NCBI GenBank assembly: GCA_041740355.1
Contig: JBGSMD010000016.1
Coordinates: 64,001-128,000, forward strand
Reading direction: 5' to 3'
From: Bdellovibrionota bacterium
Lineage (GTDB): Bacteria; Bdellovibrionota_C; UBA2361; CALJRW01
DNA: 64,000 nucleotides
Part shown: one piece after another, positions 10,285 through 19,919 of the stretch
Layout: the number at the start of each line of letters is the position of its first letter
Numbering within the stretch: the stretch's first letter is position 1
Program-made: the position numbers and the translations under genes
Notes under the pieces: model-generated
Told to the model about the DNA's origin: nothing
What the model saw: only the letters and a program-made list of their open reading frames with translations
Database searches by the model: none

Positions 10285-10554
10285 TTAATCTTCTTTCTTC
10301 TTTGTTGGATCTAACTTCTGATAATACTCACTTACTTGCTTAATTAAATCCTGACCAGCAGAAGCACTTGCTGAATTAGCAGCAGATAAATTTTCCTTTT
10401 GAATTTGGGCATAGATTTCCTGACGATATACTTTTACCGTTCGTGGAGCTTCAATTCCAATTCGTACTTGGCCACCACGTTGTTCTAACAATGTTACAAC
10501 AATTTCTTCGCCAATGACCAGACTTTCTCCAATTTTGCGGGATAGAATTAACAA
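10285..10554 (-). CDS. csrA: Carbon storage regulator CsrA (long C-tail, FliW-binding type)
   Basis: MLILSRKIGESLVIGEEI..QVRIGIEAPR..VYRQEIY..IQKENLSA; TTG start. Confidence 0.95.
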   Translation of the reverse strand: MLILSRKIGESLVIGEEIVVTLLEQRGGQVRIGIEAPRTVKVYRQEIYAQIQKENLSAANSASASAGQDLIKQVSEYYQKLDPTKKKED

Positions 10555-10589
10555 TTTAACTTAAATTTCAAAGTTTGCTCGACTTATTG

Positions 10590-10664
10590 TATAGTAAGTC
10601 CAAAAAGGAATGTCCCAAGTAACTTACATTTAGGAACTTACTATCCCTGAGTGGAATAACTATA
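10590..10664 (+). repeat. TATAG-family element, internally deleted copy (75 bp)
   Basis: TATAGTAAGTCCAAAAAGGAAT..ACTTACTATCCC..GGAATAACTATA. Confidence 0.8.
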
Positions 10665-10703
10665 TAGTTCGCTGACATTTTTTGAAATACTAAAAATAAA
10701 CTT

Positions 10704-11600
10704 ATGTACCGTAAATTTTTTGAAGAACTTCAAGCTAGTATCTGCCAGAAATTAACTTTGATTGATGGTAGTAAAGATTTTATAACTGATAATTGGAGTC
10801 GTCCCACTGGCAGTAATATTGAAGATGGAGGTGGGATCACTCGAGTACTCGAGAAAGGTCAGATCTTTGAAAAGGCTGGTGTAAATTTTAGTGAAGTTCG
10901 AGGTAAGCTCCCACCCTCCATGTCTAAGGTACTAACAGGACATATTGAACCCCAAGAATACTGGGCAATGGGAGTTTCCTTGGTGATTCACCCCTATTCC
11001 CCACTTGTTCCAACTACTCATGCCAATCTCAGATACTTACAGGTTGGTGAATTTCAGTGGTTTGGAGGAGGCATGGATCTAACTCCTTATTATCTCTTCC
11101 CAGAAGACTGTAAACATTTTCATACGACACTAAAAAATGCTTGTGATAAGTTTAATCCCGAATGTTATGCCAAGTACAAAGAAAACTGCGATACCTATTT
11201 TTACCTACCACACCGCCAAGAAACTCGCGGTATTGGGGGGCTTTTTTTTGATTATTTAGGAAAAGGAGAAGATAATATACATGAAAAATATTTTCCTTTA
11301 CTTGAATTATTAGCCCCAGCATTAATGCAAGCTTATTTACCGATAGTAGAAAAACGTCAAGACTTAAGTTTTACTCCAGAGCAAAAACATTTTCAGTTAC
11401 TTCGTCGCGGTCGCTATGCCGAGTTTAATTTAGCATTTGATCGGGGAACTAAGTTTGGACTGGAAACTGGTGGGCGTACAGAGTCAATTTTAATGTCCTT
11501 ACCACCTGAAGTAATTTGGGAATATAACTACTTGCCAGTACCTGGTAGTCCTGAAGAGGAATTAATTAATACCCTGAAGTCTCCGAGGGATTGGATCTAA
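10704..11600 (+). CDS. hemF: Oxygen-dependent coproporphyrinogen III oxidase
   Basis: FEKAGVNFS, SLVIHP, PTTHANLRY, WFGGGMDLTP, RRGRYAEFNL, RTESILMSLP. Confidence 0.97.
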   Translation: MYRKFFEELQASICQKLTLIDGSKDFITDNWSRPTGSNIEDGGGITRVLEKGQIFEKAGVNFSEVRGKLPPSMSKVLTGHIEPQEYWAMGVSLVIHPYSPLVPTTHANLRYLQVGEFQWFGGGMDLTPYYLFPEDCKHFHTTLKNACDKFNPECYAKYKENCDTYFYLPHRQETRGIGGLFFDYLGKGEDNIHEKYFPLLELLAPALMQAYLPIVEKRQDLSFTPEQKHFQLLRRGRYAEFNLAFDRGTKFGLETGGRTESILMSLPPEVIWEYNYLPVPGSPEEELINTLKSPRDWI

Positions 11601-11673
11601 TTCTCCCCTTTTGGGATGCAAAAGAGTAAGACTATTAACTGCAACCATGCTGGGCATCCCAAAAGGGGAGAAT
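11600..11673. repeat. Perfect 20-bp inverted repeat with 34-nt spacer
   Basis: ATTCTCCCCTTTTGGGATGC (11600-11619) and GCATCCCAAAAGGGGAGAAT (11654-11673). Confidence 0.85.
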
Positions 11674-11722
11674 GAATATTTCTTATTTACAAAGCGGATC
11701 ATAGCCTTTATCATTAAAACTT

Positions 11723-12340
11723 ATGAGTGATGTAAGTCCACGGAAACCGTCTTTTATTGATTTTAGTCCTCGACAAAGGATCATGGCTGCGGCCTTGAAG
11801 CTTTTTGTAGAACAAGGTTATTTCAATACCAATGTACCTGACCTAAGTCGTGAATCAAAATGTAGTGTTGGTTCAATTTATCATAGCTTTAAAAACAAAG
11901 AAGAGGTTGCCCGAGCCCTTTATGAAGAAGCTCTTAGTGCTTTTCGAGGAGCACTGGCTAATTCCATCCATGATATTGATGATACTGAAGAAATAGTAAA
12001 AACACTTGTTAAATCTTTACTTTCTTTTTCCCAAATTAATGTGCAACTTTCCAAGTACATCTGGCTTTGTCGTCATGATGAATTTATGACCGGAATGATT
12101 AAGCATCCAACAAGAGTTGGCCACGATCAGCTGGGAAGAAAAGTTGCCAAGTCGATTAAAATTGCCATGCGCAATAAAGAGATTAGAGTCCTTAAAGCAA
12201 ATATTGTCTGGTCAATTGTTTTTGGTATCCCACTAAGTTATGTGCGAGACTGGTTAGACGGTTATAATAACGAACCTCCAAATCAGGTTGCGGATCAGTT
12301 GGCTGAAGTTTGTTGGCAAGCATTAAAAGTGAAAGAGTAG
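11723..12340 (+). CDS. TetR/AcrR family transcriptional regulator
   Basis: RIMAAALKLFVEQGYFNTNVPDLSRESKCSVGSIYHSFKNKEE HTH. Confidence 0.92.
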   Translation: MSDVSPRKPSFIDFSPRQRIMAAALKLFVEQGYFNTNVPDLSRESKCSVGSIYHSFKNKEEVARALYEEALSAFRGALANSIHDIDDTEEIVKTLVKSLLSFSQINVQLSKYIWLCRHDEFMTGMIKHPTRVGHDQLGRKVAKSIKIAMRNKEIRVLKANIVWSIVFGIPLSYVRDWLDGYNNEPPNQVADQLAEVCWQALKVKE

Positions 12341-12345
12341 CCGCT

Positions 12346-12492
12346 TAGCCTTTGGCGTATCTCGAAAGAAAAAATCTGGTAAAATACTCGCGGTACAGCC
12401 AGTACAACTGCGTTTTTACCAAATTTTTTAATTCGACCTTCGTTCAAACTCGAAACGGTTAAGATCGCGTTTCAGCCTTTCGTCGAAGGCTT
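12346..12492. repeat. Second palindromic/MITE-like element (~147 bp) with central GTAC-N5-GTAC
   Basis: Outer AGCCTTTGGCG/CGTCGAAGGCT; inner stem TCGAA..AAAAAAT.TGGTAAAA/TTTTACCA.ATTTTTT..TTCGA closing GTACagccaGTAC. Confidence 0.6.
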
Positions 12493-12497
12493 AAAAC

Positions 12498-12932
12498 TTA
12501 TTGCTTACGGTCTGCTAATGCCTGTTTCAAATTTTCCCAAGCAAGCAAGGCACATTTTTGACGCCCTGGTATTTTAGCAACGCCAGCTAGAATCTTTGCA
12601 TCGCCTAACAGGGAAAGTTCCGTCTCTGATAAATCTTGCTTCAAGATCATTCTTTCAAAAAGTTCAATTAACTTAGCACAATGATCTAAGTTGGAATTTA
12701 AATTTAAGCTACAAAGTATCGCGGATGAAGCTTTGCTGATAGCACAACCTTGTCCTTGAAATTTAATACAGTTAATCTTTTGATCGGAGATTGTTCCCTT
12801 AATGCTAATTCGATCTCCGCACAAGGGGTTCAGTAATTCTTGGGTAAAATCAGGTGATTCAATCTCGCCTTGATAACTTTGATCGCTCGCGTATTCAATC
12901 AGCAATTCTGAGTAGAAATCATTTAATTCCAT
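12498..12932 (-). CDS. sufU: SufU/IscU-like Fe-S cluster assembly protein
   Basis: NPLCGD, GQGCAISKASS, RQKCALLAW, with SufU-type insertion. Confidence 0.88.
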   Translation of the reverse strand: MELNDFYSELLIEYASDQSYQGEIESPDFTQELLNPLCGDRISIKGTISDQKINCIKFQGQGCAISKASSAILCSLNLNSNLDHCAKLIELFERMILKQDLSETELSLLGDAKILAGVAKIPGRQKCALLAWENLKQALADRKQ

Positions 12933-12995
12933 GTTTATTTAATCAAAGTAAGGTTTATCAGGACTAGCTAATTATATGTTTGATTGATCAATTAA

Positions 12996-13982
12996 TCAAA
13001 CCAATGTTCCTGTGGTTAGGGAAGAAATAAATTGATCTAATTCTTTAGATGAATACGTAATATCAGAACGTTTAAAATTAATATCCTGAGCTTTACTAGC
13101 TAGTAATAAGGCTGAAATTTTATCACCAAATTGATAATAGATTTTAGCTAAAAGTTTCAATTCCCTAGAACTCATCCAAGCAGAGTTTTGAGCTGCTTGA
13201 GTTGCTAACTGTAAGGCAAACCTAAGATTATCTTCTTGTTCGTCTGAACTTTCTAAATATGCTATAGCTATAAGTGATAAGGTCCTCGGATAATCTGGTA
13301 CAATCTGAAGTGCTTGATGCAGATATTCTCTTGCTAAATTACACTTACCATCCTTAATCAAAATTTTTGCCAATAAATGTTTTGCGGAAATTGGCGCATC
13401 GGAACGATTTGCAATCTCTTGTAAATCAGAGCTACTACGATATTCACCTTTGAGATAATCAATAATTAACAAACAGATTTTATGGGCGCTTTTGAATTCT
13501 TCGGGAACATCTTGCAGGTTTCTAAGTAAATTCTCACATTCTTCAATTACAAATTTAGGCGGTTCAGCTTCTAACATTGAAGAAACATAAATGTGCATTA
13601 GTTGAAAGTCAGTTCCAAAATGTTGCACCGCGGCACGCAATAGCCACATCGCTTCTTGGTCATTACCGATCCAACTGTAAATATAAGAAAGTCTTAAGTA
13701 AGCTTGTTTAGAATTTGGTACTGATTTTAAGACGGAATTTAGGGTATTAATTGCCGGAGTAAACTCGCCGAGCTTGAAGTAACAATAAGCTAAGTCCATC
13801 ATGGCACAATGTCTAGCTTGATGTTTTGGATACTCTTTTAGGCCTTCTTCGTATAATTCTGCGGCCTGTTTGTATCTACTATTTGCATAAGCCTCCGCTG
13901 CTTTAATCCAAGTTAAGCAAGGTAAACCTCCCCAGGTATTAGACCATTGATAAGATTTTTGGAGTAAATTGAGGAATTTCAT
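12996..13982 (-). CDS. Tetratricopeptide repeat protein
   Basis: Repeated TPR-like helices (AMMDLAYCYFKLGEF, AYLRLSYIYSWIG, AREYLHQALQIVPDY). Confidence 0.8.
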   Translation of the reverse strand: MKFLNLLQKSYQWSNTWGGLPCLTWIKAAEAYANSRYKQAAELYEEGLKEYPKHQARHCAMMDLAYCYFKLGEFTPAINTLNSVLKSVPNSKQAYLRLSYIYSWIGNDQEAMWLLRAAVQHFGTDFQLMHIYVSSMLEAEPPKFVIEECENLLRNLQDVPEEFKSAHKICLLIIDYLKGEYRSSSDLQEIANRSDAPISAKHLLAKILIKDGKCNLAREYLHQALQIVPDYPRTLSLIAIAYLESSDEQEDNLRFALQLATQAAQNSAWMSSRELKLLAKIYYQFGDKISALLLASKAQDINFKRSDITYSSKELDQFISSLTTGTLV

Positions 13983-14088
13983 TAAATACAGCTCGATAAT
14001 ATTCGATTATAGAATAGTTATCATCTGTGTTAGCTCTTCTGCTTCTATTCCAAAGAAAATATCTTAAGCCATCAGGGAATAGCAAAGA

Positions 14089-14233
14089 TATAGTAAGTCC
14101 AAAAAGCAATTTCCGTTCGGAATTACTTTTTGGGACTACTATCCCCCGAAGTAATAATAGAATCATATAGTTATGACAAAACACACAAAACTAACTTTTA
14201 AACATTTGGAAATTACTTTTTGTCATAACTATA
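14089..14233 (+). mobile_element. TATAG-family MITE-like element, full length (145 bp)
   Basis: TATAGTAAGTCCAAAAAGCAATTT-ccgttcgg-AATTACTTTTTGGGACTACTAT-CCCCC..ATATAGTTATGACAAAA..AAATTACTTTTTGTCATAACTATA. Confidence 0.85.
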
Positions 14234-14472
14234 CTTTAACAAAAGGCACAAACTTTAAGAGCTAGTTGTTCCTTAGCGAAAATCACAAGGATTATTGTCC
14301 AGTAGTGTAAGGCTTAGAGCTTCTTTAGATCGCTAATATTAAGTAATACAGGTACCCCCAAGTTACTTTCTAAATTGAGCCCATAAATGGGATTTAAATA
14401 ATTAAAAAGTTACAAGAATACTTAGGGGAATTTTCCGTTAAGTTCTTTAAATGTATCACTTTTGGTTAAGTG

Positions 14473-15633
14473 CTAAATTACTCGCACCTTTAATATTCCG
14501 GGGACTTCGGCAAGCTTTGTAACTAAATCAAGGCTAATTTGGGCATCAGTATCAGCAATAGTACAAGCATAATCTCCTCGTGATTTGTTAATCATATCCA
14601 CAATGTTAAATCCAGCTGAACCAAGTTTCCCTGAAATTTCAGCCAGCATATTCGGGATATTTCGATTAATAATTACTAAGCGACAACCGGAGGCAATTGG
14701 TGGTAATTCAATCTCTGGCAAATTCACAGAATTAGATATGTTTCCGGTTTCTAAATAATCTTTAACCTGCTTACAAACCATAGTGGCACAGTTTTCTTCT
14801 GCCTCTGCTGTGCTGGCGCCTAAATGCGGAAAAGATAGAACGGCGGATTGACCCTGTAAGGCAGTTTGTGGAAAATCACAACAATAGTACTTAATTTTTC
14901 CTTCCTTAATCCCTAAAAGAATTGCTTCCGAATCAACGATTCCCGCGCGTGAGAAATTTAGTATAGTAACACCTTTTTTCACTTGTAAAACTTGCTCCTT
15001 GGAAAACAAGCCTTTAGTAGCTGGAATTAATGGTACATGAAAAGAAACATAATCAGCTTCGGCATAAAGTTGGGCTAAATTATTAGCGCGACTGGCATGA
15101 GCTGACAGACGCCATGCATTTTGGATAGTAATTGCTGGATCATACCCAATAACTTTCATTCCAAGTTCTAATGCAGTGTTAGCAAGCATTACACCAATTG
15201 CTCCCAGTCCAACGATTCCCAAAGTCTTACCGGCAATCTCCATCCCGGCAAAATTTTTCTTCTGGGCTTCAGTTTCCTGATCGATTTCTTCGTCAGTTCC
15301 TTTTAATGTCTTAACGAAATCATTGGCGGGAAAAAGATTCCGTGCGGAAATTAACATTGCGGAAAGAACTAACTCCTTAACGGCATTAGCATTTGCCCCT
15401 GGCGTATTAAAAACAACAATCCCTTTCTCGGACAATTTATCAATTGGAATATTATTAACTCCCGCACCAGCTCGGCCAACAGCGAGTAAATTTGATTCAA
15501 AATTGTACTCATGTAAATTTTGCGAACGAAGTAAAATTGCATCGGGATTAACCTGTGCTTCGACGTTATAGTCAACTAACTGACTTAAGCCAGTTTTAGA
15601 GATATTATTTAAAACTAAAATATTTTTATTCAT
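14473..15633 (-). CDS. serA: D-3-phosphoglycerate dehydrogenase with ACT domain
   Basis: RAGAGVNNIP, NTPGANANAVKE, GLGAIG, PHLGASTAEAEENCA; downstream of serC. Confidence 0.93.
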   Translation of the reverse strand: MNKNILVLNNISKTGLSQLVDYNVEAQVNPDAILLRSQNLHEYNFESNLLAVGRAGAGVNNIPIDKLSEKGIVVFNTPGANANAVKELVLSAMLISARNLFPANDFVKTLKGTDEEIDQETEAQKKNFAGMEIAGKTLGIVGLGAIGVMLANTALELGMKVIGYDPAITIQNAWRLSAHASRANNLAQLYAEADYVSFHVPLIPATKGLFSKEQVLQVKKGVTILNFSRAGIVDSEAILLGIKEGKIKYYCCDFPQTALQGQSAVLSFPHLGASTAEAEENCATMVCKQVKDYLETGNISNSVNLPEIELPPIASGCRLVIINRNIPNMLAEISGKLGSAGFNIVDMINKSRGDYACTIADTDAQISLDLVTKLAEVPGILKVRVI

Positions 15634-15731
15634 GATACATTAAATTTTTTTAAAAACTTCCAAATCCCTCGTATGTCATTGTAATGTGGATCAAATTTTA
15701 TTTCATCCAAATCACTGATGAATTATGCGGG

Positions 15732-16814
15732 TTAAGCGCAATTCTTTTCAAAGTCTTTCATGAAGTTAACCAGTGCTTCCACACCAGCATAAGGCATTGC
15801 ATTATAAATACTTGCTCTCATTCCACCAACAGAACGATGACCCTGCAAGTTCAACAAGTCACTATCTTTAGCTAATTCTAGAAATTTATTTTCTAAGGAA
15901 GTATCAGCAATTAGAAATGGAACGTTCATTTCCGATCGAAATTCTTTTTGAACGGGATTAGAATAAAAAGAGCTTTGATCAATAAAGTCATAAAGCAAGT
16001 TCGCTTTCTTTTGATTATTAGCAATTAGTTGATCGAAACTTTGAGTTTTAATCCACTTCAAGACCTCACCCATCACGTAAATACTAAAACATGGTGGCGT
16101 GTTATAACAACTATCCGCTTCTGCATGTGTTTGGTAATTTAGGAAAACTGGTAATTCTTGATTTGCCGTAGCTAGTAAATCTTTCCGAATAATTACCAAT
16201 GTCACACCTGCAGGCCCGAGGTTTTTTTGAGCACCAGCATAAACCATCGCAAACTGATTGATATCAAATTTTCTAGAAAGAATATCTGAGGACATGTCTG
16301 CAATTAGCGGAGCTTTAGAATTAGGGAATGATTTAAACTGTAAACCACCAATAGTTTCATTAGATGCTAAATGCAAGTAACTAGCATTCTCTGATAAAGT
16401 CCAAGTTGAGGTGTCTGGTAAATTTAAATAGTTACTAGCTTTCCCATCTGCTACAACATTAACTTCACCAATTCTTTTTGCTTCTTCCACAGCTTTCTTA
16501 GACCACTGTCCAGTGATGGCATAATCAGCAACAGCTCCTGACTTTAGAAAATTAAGCGGGATATTTGTAAATTGAGCAGAAGCCCCACCCTGCAAAAACA
16601 GAATTTGGTATTTGTCATCGATTGATAAAAGCTCACGCAATAAAGATTCCGTTTGCTTGATAATTGATTGAAACTCAGCGCCACGATGACTGAGTTCCAT
16701 CACAGAACAACCGGAAGATCCCCAGTTCAGCATCTCAGCTTGAACTTTAACTAATACTTCTTCTGGCAACTGACTTGGACCAGGACTAAAATTATATTTT
16801 CTTTGGTAATTCAT
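15732..16814 (-). CDS. serC: Phosphoserine aminotransferase
   Basis: NFSPGP, ELSHRG, FLQGGAS, NETIGG, DMSS, YAGAQKNLGPAG, GHRSVGGMRASIYNA. Confidence 0.97.
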   Translation of the reverse strand: MNYQRKYNFSPGPSQLPEEVLVKVQAEMLNWGSSGCSVMELSHRGAEFQSIIKQTESLLRELLSIDDKYQILFLQGGASAQFTNIPLNFLKSGAVADYAITGQWSKKAVEEAKRIGEVNVVADGKASNYLNLPDTSTWTLSENASYLHLASNETIGGLQFKSFPNSKAPLIADMSSDILSRKFDINQFAMVYAGAQKNLGPAGVTLVIIRKDLLATANQELPVFLNYQTHAEADSCYNTPPCFSIYVMGEVLKWIKTQSFDQLIANNQKKANLLYDFIDQSSFYSNPVQKEFRSEMNVPFLIADTSLENKFLELAKDSDLLNLQGHRSVGGMRASIYNAMPYAGVEALVNFMKDFEKNCA

Positions 16815-17688
16815 AGAGTGAGTTTCCTAATTGAATCGGACAATTTTTGGCCCACTTTACATCATTAGAAAAACTCTGCAAGAAGGACTGATCCGCTAAA
16901 AGTACAACACTCGAACCTAAATGAAAGGTTCCTAATCGCTCCCCAATTGCAAAGGAAAAATCAACACTAATTTCTTGAATTTCCCCAGATTTCTTTTGGG
17001 AAAAAACCTGATTAGTAATTAAGTCACTAAAAGCCAAAGATATCTTTCCAACGTTAAGTGCCCCAACCATAATTAAAAGCAACTTTCCCCGCTCTGTTTC
17101 TAACTCCATGATCACCCTTTCGTTACGGGCAAAAAGATTTGGTAAGCGACTAAAAGTAAAGTTATTGACTGGCCAGAGAAAACCTGAAATATAAACTAAG
17201 CGAGTGATTTTACCTGCACAAGGTGCATGGACATGATGATAATCTTTAGGGGACAAGTATAAGTTATGAAGTGCTCCTCCATAGAATTCTTCGGATTTAA
17301 AACTTTTGCCTATTAAAGTAGATATTCGATAGCCCACCCCCTTTACTTGGATTTGTTGATCTCCATTAATAGTTAATTGATCTCTCAAGAAACCATCAAC
17401 TGGTGAAACAAAATCGCTACTCATTTGACGAGAGCCTGGGATTAAGTCTCTAGTAAAAAATTTCCCCAATGAAGGGTAACTTTTTAAACTCTCCGGGACT
17501 GTAGTGAGATCTACATGGCAAATCTGTGAATAAACCCGATATACTATGGGTCTAAACCAGACTGGAAGATCGATGTTTGCCAGAAGGCCGAAACAATAGC
17601 TTAGGTAATTGGTAATAATGGTCACTTGAACTTTTATTAAATAGTTAATAGATTCAACAGTATACTCGCTATTAAACAATCCTTGCAA
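16792..17688 (-). CDS. psd: Phosphatidylserine decarboxylase proenzyme
   Basis: FFTRDL, SPVDG, YLSPKDYHHVHAP, LFARNERV, VGALNVG, FHLGSS self-cleavage motif; start uncertain. Confidence 0.92.
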   Translation of the reverse strand: MQGLFNSEYTVESINYLIKVQVTIITNYLSYCFGLLANIDLPVWFRPIVYRVYSQICHVDLTTVPESLKSYPSLGKFFTRDLIPGSRQMSSDFVSPVDGFLRDQLTINGDQQIQVKGVGYRISTLIGKSFKSEEFYGGALHNLYLSPKDYHHVHAPCAGKITRLVYISGFLWPVNNFTFSRLPNLFARNERVIMELETERGKLLLIMVGALNVGKISLAFSDLITNQVFSQKKSGEIQEISVDFSFAIGERLGTFHLGSSVVLLADQSFLQSFSNDVKWAKNCPIQLGNSLYELPKKI

Positions 17689-17754
17689 GAAGTGCTACAT
17701 ATTGTTGAAGCTAGAGTATAACATTTTAGAGAGTTTTAAATTTTAAAGACTGGA

Positions 17755-18507
17755 ATGATCAGAACTTCTAATCCTGTACTAAACGATCGAATCTTTGCAG
17801 AAACTAGATCTTACTCTCAATCAGAGGTGATGACTCTTAGTGGAACAGTTAATAAAACAGTTATTTGCTTGGCCCTTACATTTGCCAGTGCTTATTATTC
17901 CTACAGTCACCCCGAATTCTCAAAATTCTCTCTTCCCGCCGCCATTTTGGCCTTGGTAATTGGGCTCGTAATCAGCTTTAAGCGAACATGGGCAGGATTT
18001 CTAACTCCAATTTATGCCTTGGTTAAAGGTGTCTTTGTAGGGGCATTTTCACTATATGCCAACAACTACGTGATGCAATATAATCCTGCCTCAAGTGGTG
18101 TAGTTTTTCAGGCGATTATCCTAACCTTTGGAACGCTTTTTGCTTTGTTGATGGTCTATAAAAGTGGTTTCATTAAAGTAACCGAGAATTTTAAATTAGG
18201 CATTGCAGCTGCCACAGGTGGGATTTTTATTTTCTATCTAATTACAATGATCGCATCACTTTTTGGTGCTAATTTAGGTTTTATGTATAGCAGTAGCCCC
18301 TTAAGTATTGGGATTTCAGTTGTAGTTGTAATTATTGCTGCTCTAAATTTAGTCTTAGACTTTGACTTTATTGAAAATGCTGTCGCAACTAGAAATACTC
18401 CAAAGTATATGGAATGGTTTGCAGCTTTTGGATTGTTAGTAACGCTAATTTGGCTTTACTTGGAAATACTTCGTTTATTAATGAAATTGGCAACATCACG
18501 TGAATAA
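17755..18507 (+). CDS. Bax inhibitor-1/YccA family membrane protein
   Basis: RTSNP..MTLSGTVNKT, LVLDFDFIE, EWFAAFGLLVTLIWLYLEILRLL. Confidence 0.92.
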   Translation: MIRTSNPVLNDRIFAETRSYSQSEVMTLSGTVNKTVICLALTFASAYYSYSHPEFSKFSLPAAILALVIGLVISFKRTWAGFLTPIYALVKGVFVGAFSLYANNYVMQYNPASSGVVFQAIILTFGTLFALLMVYKSGFIKVTENFKLGIAAATGGIFIFYLITMIASLFGANLGFMYSSSPLSIGISVVVVIIAALNLVLDFDFIENAVATRNTPKYMEWFAAFGLLVTLIWLYLEILRLLMKLATSRE

Positions 18508-19600
18508 AATTTTTGTAGCAGTTATTTTCTTTACAAGCATTTTTCTTATTTCTCCAGTTTGGGCAGAGGATCTTGCAGACGATTTCAAACCAAGTCTTAT
18601 TGGCCTCAATCATGATCAAAAAAAATTGTTTGATTACTTGGAAATTGAAAGATTAATAGTTGAAGGTAAATATCGGACACCATCGACGGATGGATGGAAA
18701 AGTTTTGCTAGGCTTTACGAAGAGTACACGGACTTATTTTGCTTTGAAAGTGTTAACTATAAATTTCAGAGTCCATTAAATCCAAATTTAAGTGCTACTT
18801 GTCGTTATTATTTAAGAAATTTGAAGAAGTATAATCCTACAAATCCGCATCTTCCTTGTTCAGAAAATGGCCTTGGATCTGAACAGTGTAAAAATGCATA
18901 CCTAGTACAATACATCACCAGAGAAGGTGGTTTTACTACTGGCTCGAATTCAATGAGTGATTTTGAAGCTAAGATTTCAGCGTTATCTCAGGAAAGTATG
19001 AAAACTCGTCCGAATGAGCTTGATGTTGAACTTAAGGCTCTGGCAGTTGATTTTAAAAAGGAAGAGAATGCTGAAAAATGGATTAAGTTTAAAGCACTTA
19101 TTTCGGAAAAAATTGACTATGAATGTCAAGCTGTTGGAGTTTCTTTTGTAGACTTTGAGCCACCAGATTTTATGATGGGAGCAAATTTAATTGAACATCA
19201 ACGCTATACAAGTGATCAGTTATATAAGGAAGCATATGACCTATTACACGATCCTGATCGCCTAGGAAACTTTTTTATCCAAGGGGGCTTTAATAAAGTA
19301 GATCCAACTGCTAATGAAAAGTTGCAGCAACCACACCCGTTTGAGATTCTACAAAAGGAACAGCAGGTTGAATTTATTCCTAAAGCTTATTGGAGAGTGA
19401 GAAGAATTTCTACAACATGTTACGAGAGTATCTTAGAGGGACTTCGCTTTAACGTTGCCTTGCCTGCTGCCATATGTAACTTGCATGGTATTTATTCTCC
19501 ATTCTGTTTAAACGCCGATAAGGAATTAGAAAAAAATCTTCCTTTATACATTCGTACTCCTGAAGTAATTAAACAAAAATATGAGATGGGAACTTTTTGA
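18500..19600 (+). CDS. Secreted hypothetical protein with a duplicated cysteine module
   Basis: Signal peptide ending VWA|EDL; GTG start overlapping the yccA-like stop; two gapless 37-aa Cys repeats. Confidence 0.75.
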   Translation: MNKIFVAVIFFTSIFLISPVWAEDLADDFKPSLIGLNHDQKKLFDYLEIERLIVEGKYRTPSTDGWKSFARLYEEYTDLFCFESVNYKFQSPLNPNLSATCRYYLRNLKKYNPTNPHLPCSENGLGSEQCKNAYLVQYITREGGFTTGSNSMSDFEAKISALSQESMKTRPNELDVELKALAVDFKKEENAEKWIKFKALISEKIDYECQAVGVSFVDFEPPDFMMGANLIEHQRYTSDQLYKEAYDLLHDPDRLGNFFIQGGFNKVDPTANEKLQQPHPFEILQKEQQVEFIPKAYWRVRRISTTCYESILEGLRFNVALPAAICNLHGIYSPFCLNADKELEKNLPLYIRTPEVIKQKYEMGTF

Positions 19601-19919
19601 TATTTTTAAAATTAATATGTTTGCTACCAATTGGTAAAACATTAACTAATTTTTTGTACATCTATTTCATCTAGTAGTCATTTTATCAAGTTTACAATTA
19701 ACGGACCGACCTAATTTCTTTGTGCTGTTGCTAGAAGTTCTTTGCATATTGATTCGCCTTAATAGCTTTGAATTTGTTAGGGCATTTACTAAGATGCATA
19801 TTTAATCTAGCCTTAGATCAATAAAATGCTCAATTTTCAGAAAAATGGATTTATCCTCTTGAAATTCTTAGTTTTTTTTGTTTTAATGAGTATCAATTGA
19901 TTTATAATTCTTTTACATT

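Noticed and set aside
13939-14184. 81-aa ORF overlapping the TPR gene start
   Set aside because: It begins inside the repeat at 14089-14233 and has no protein motif; likely a by-product of the element.
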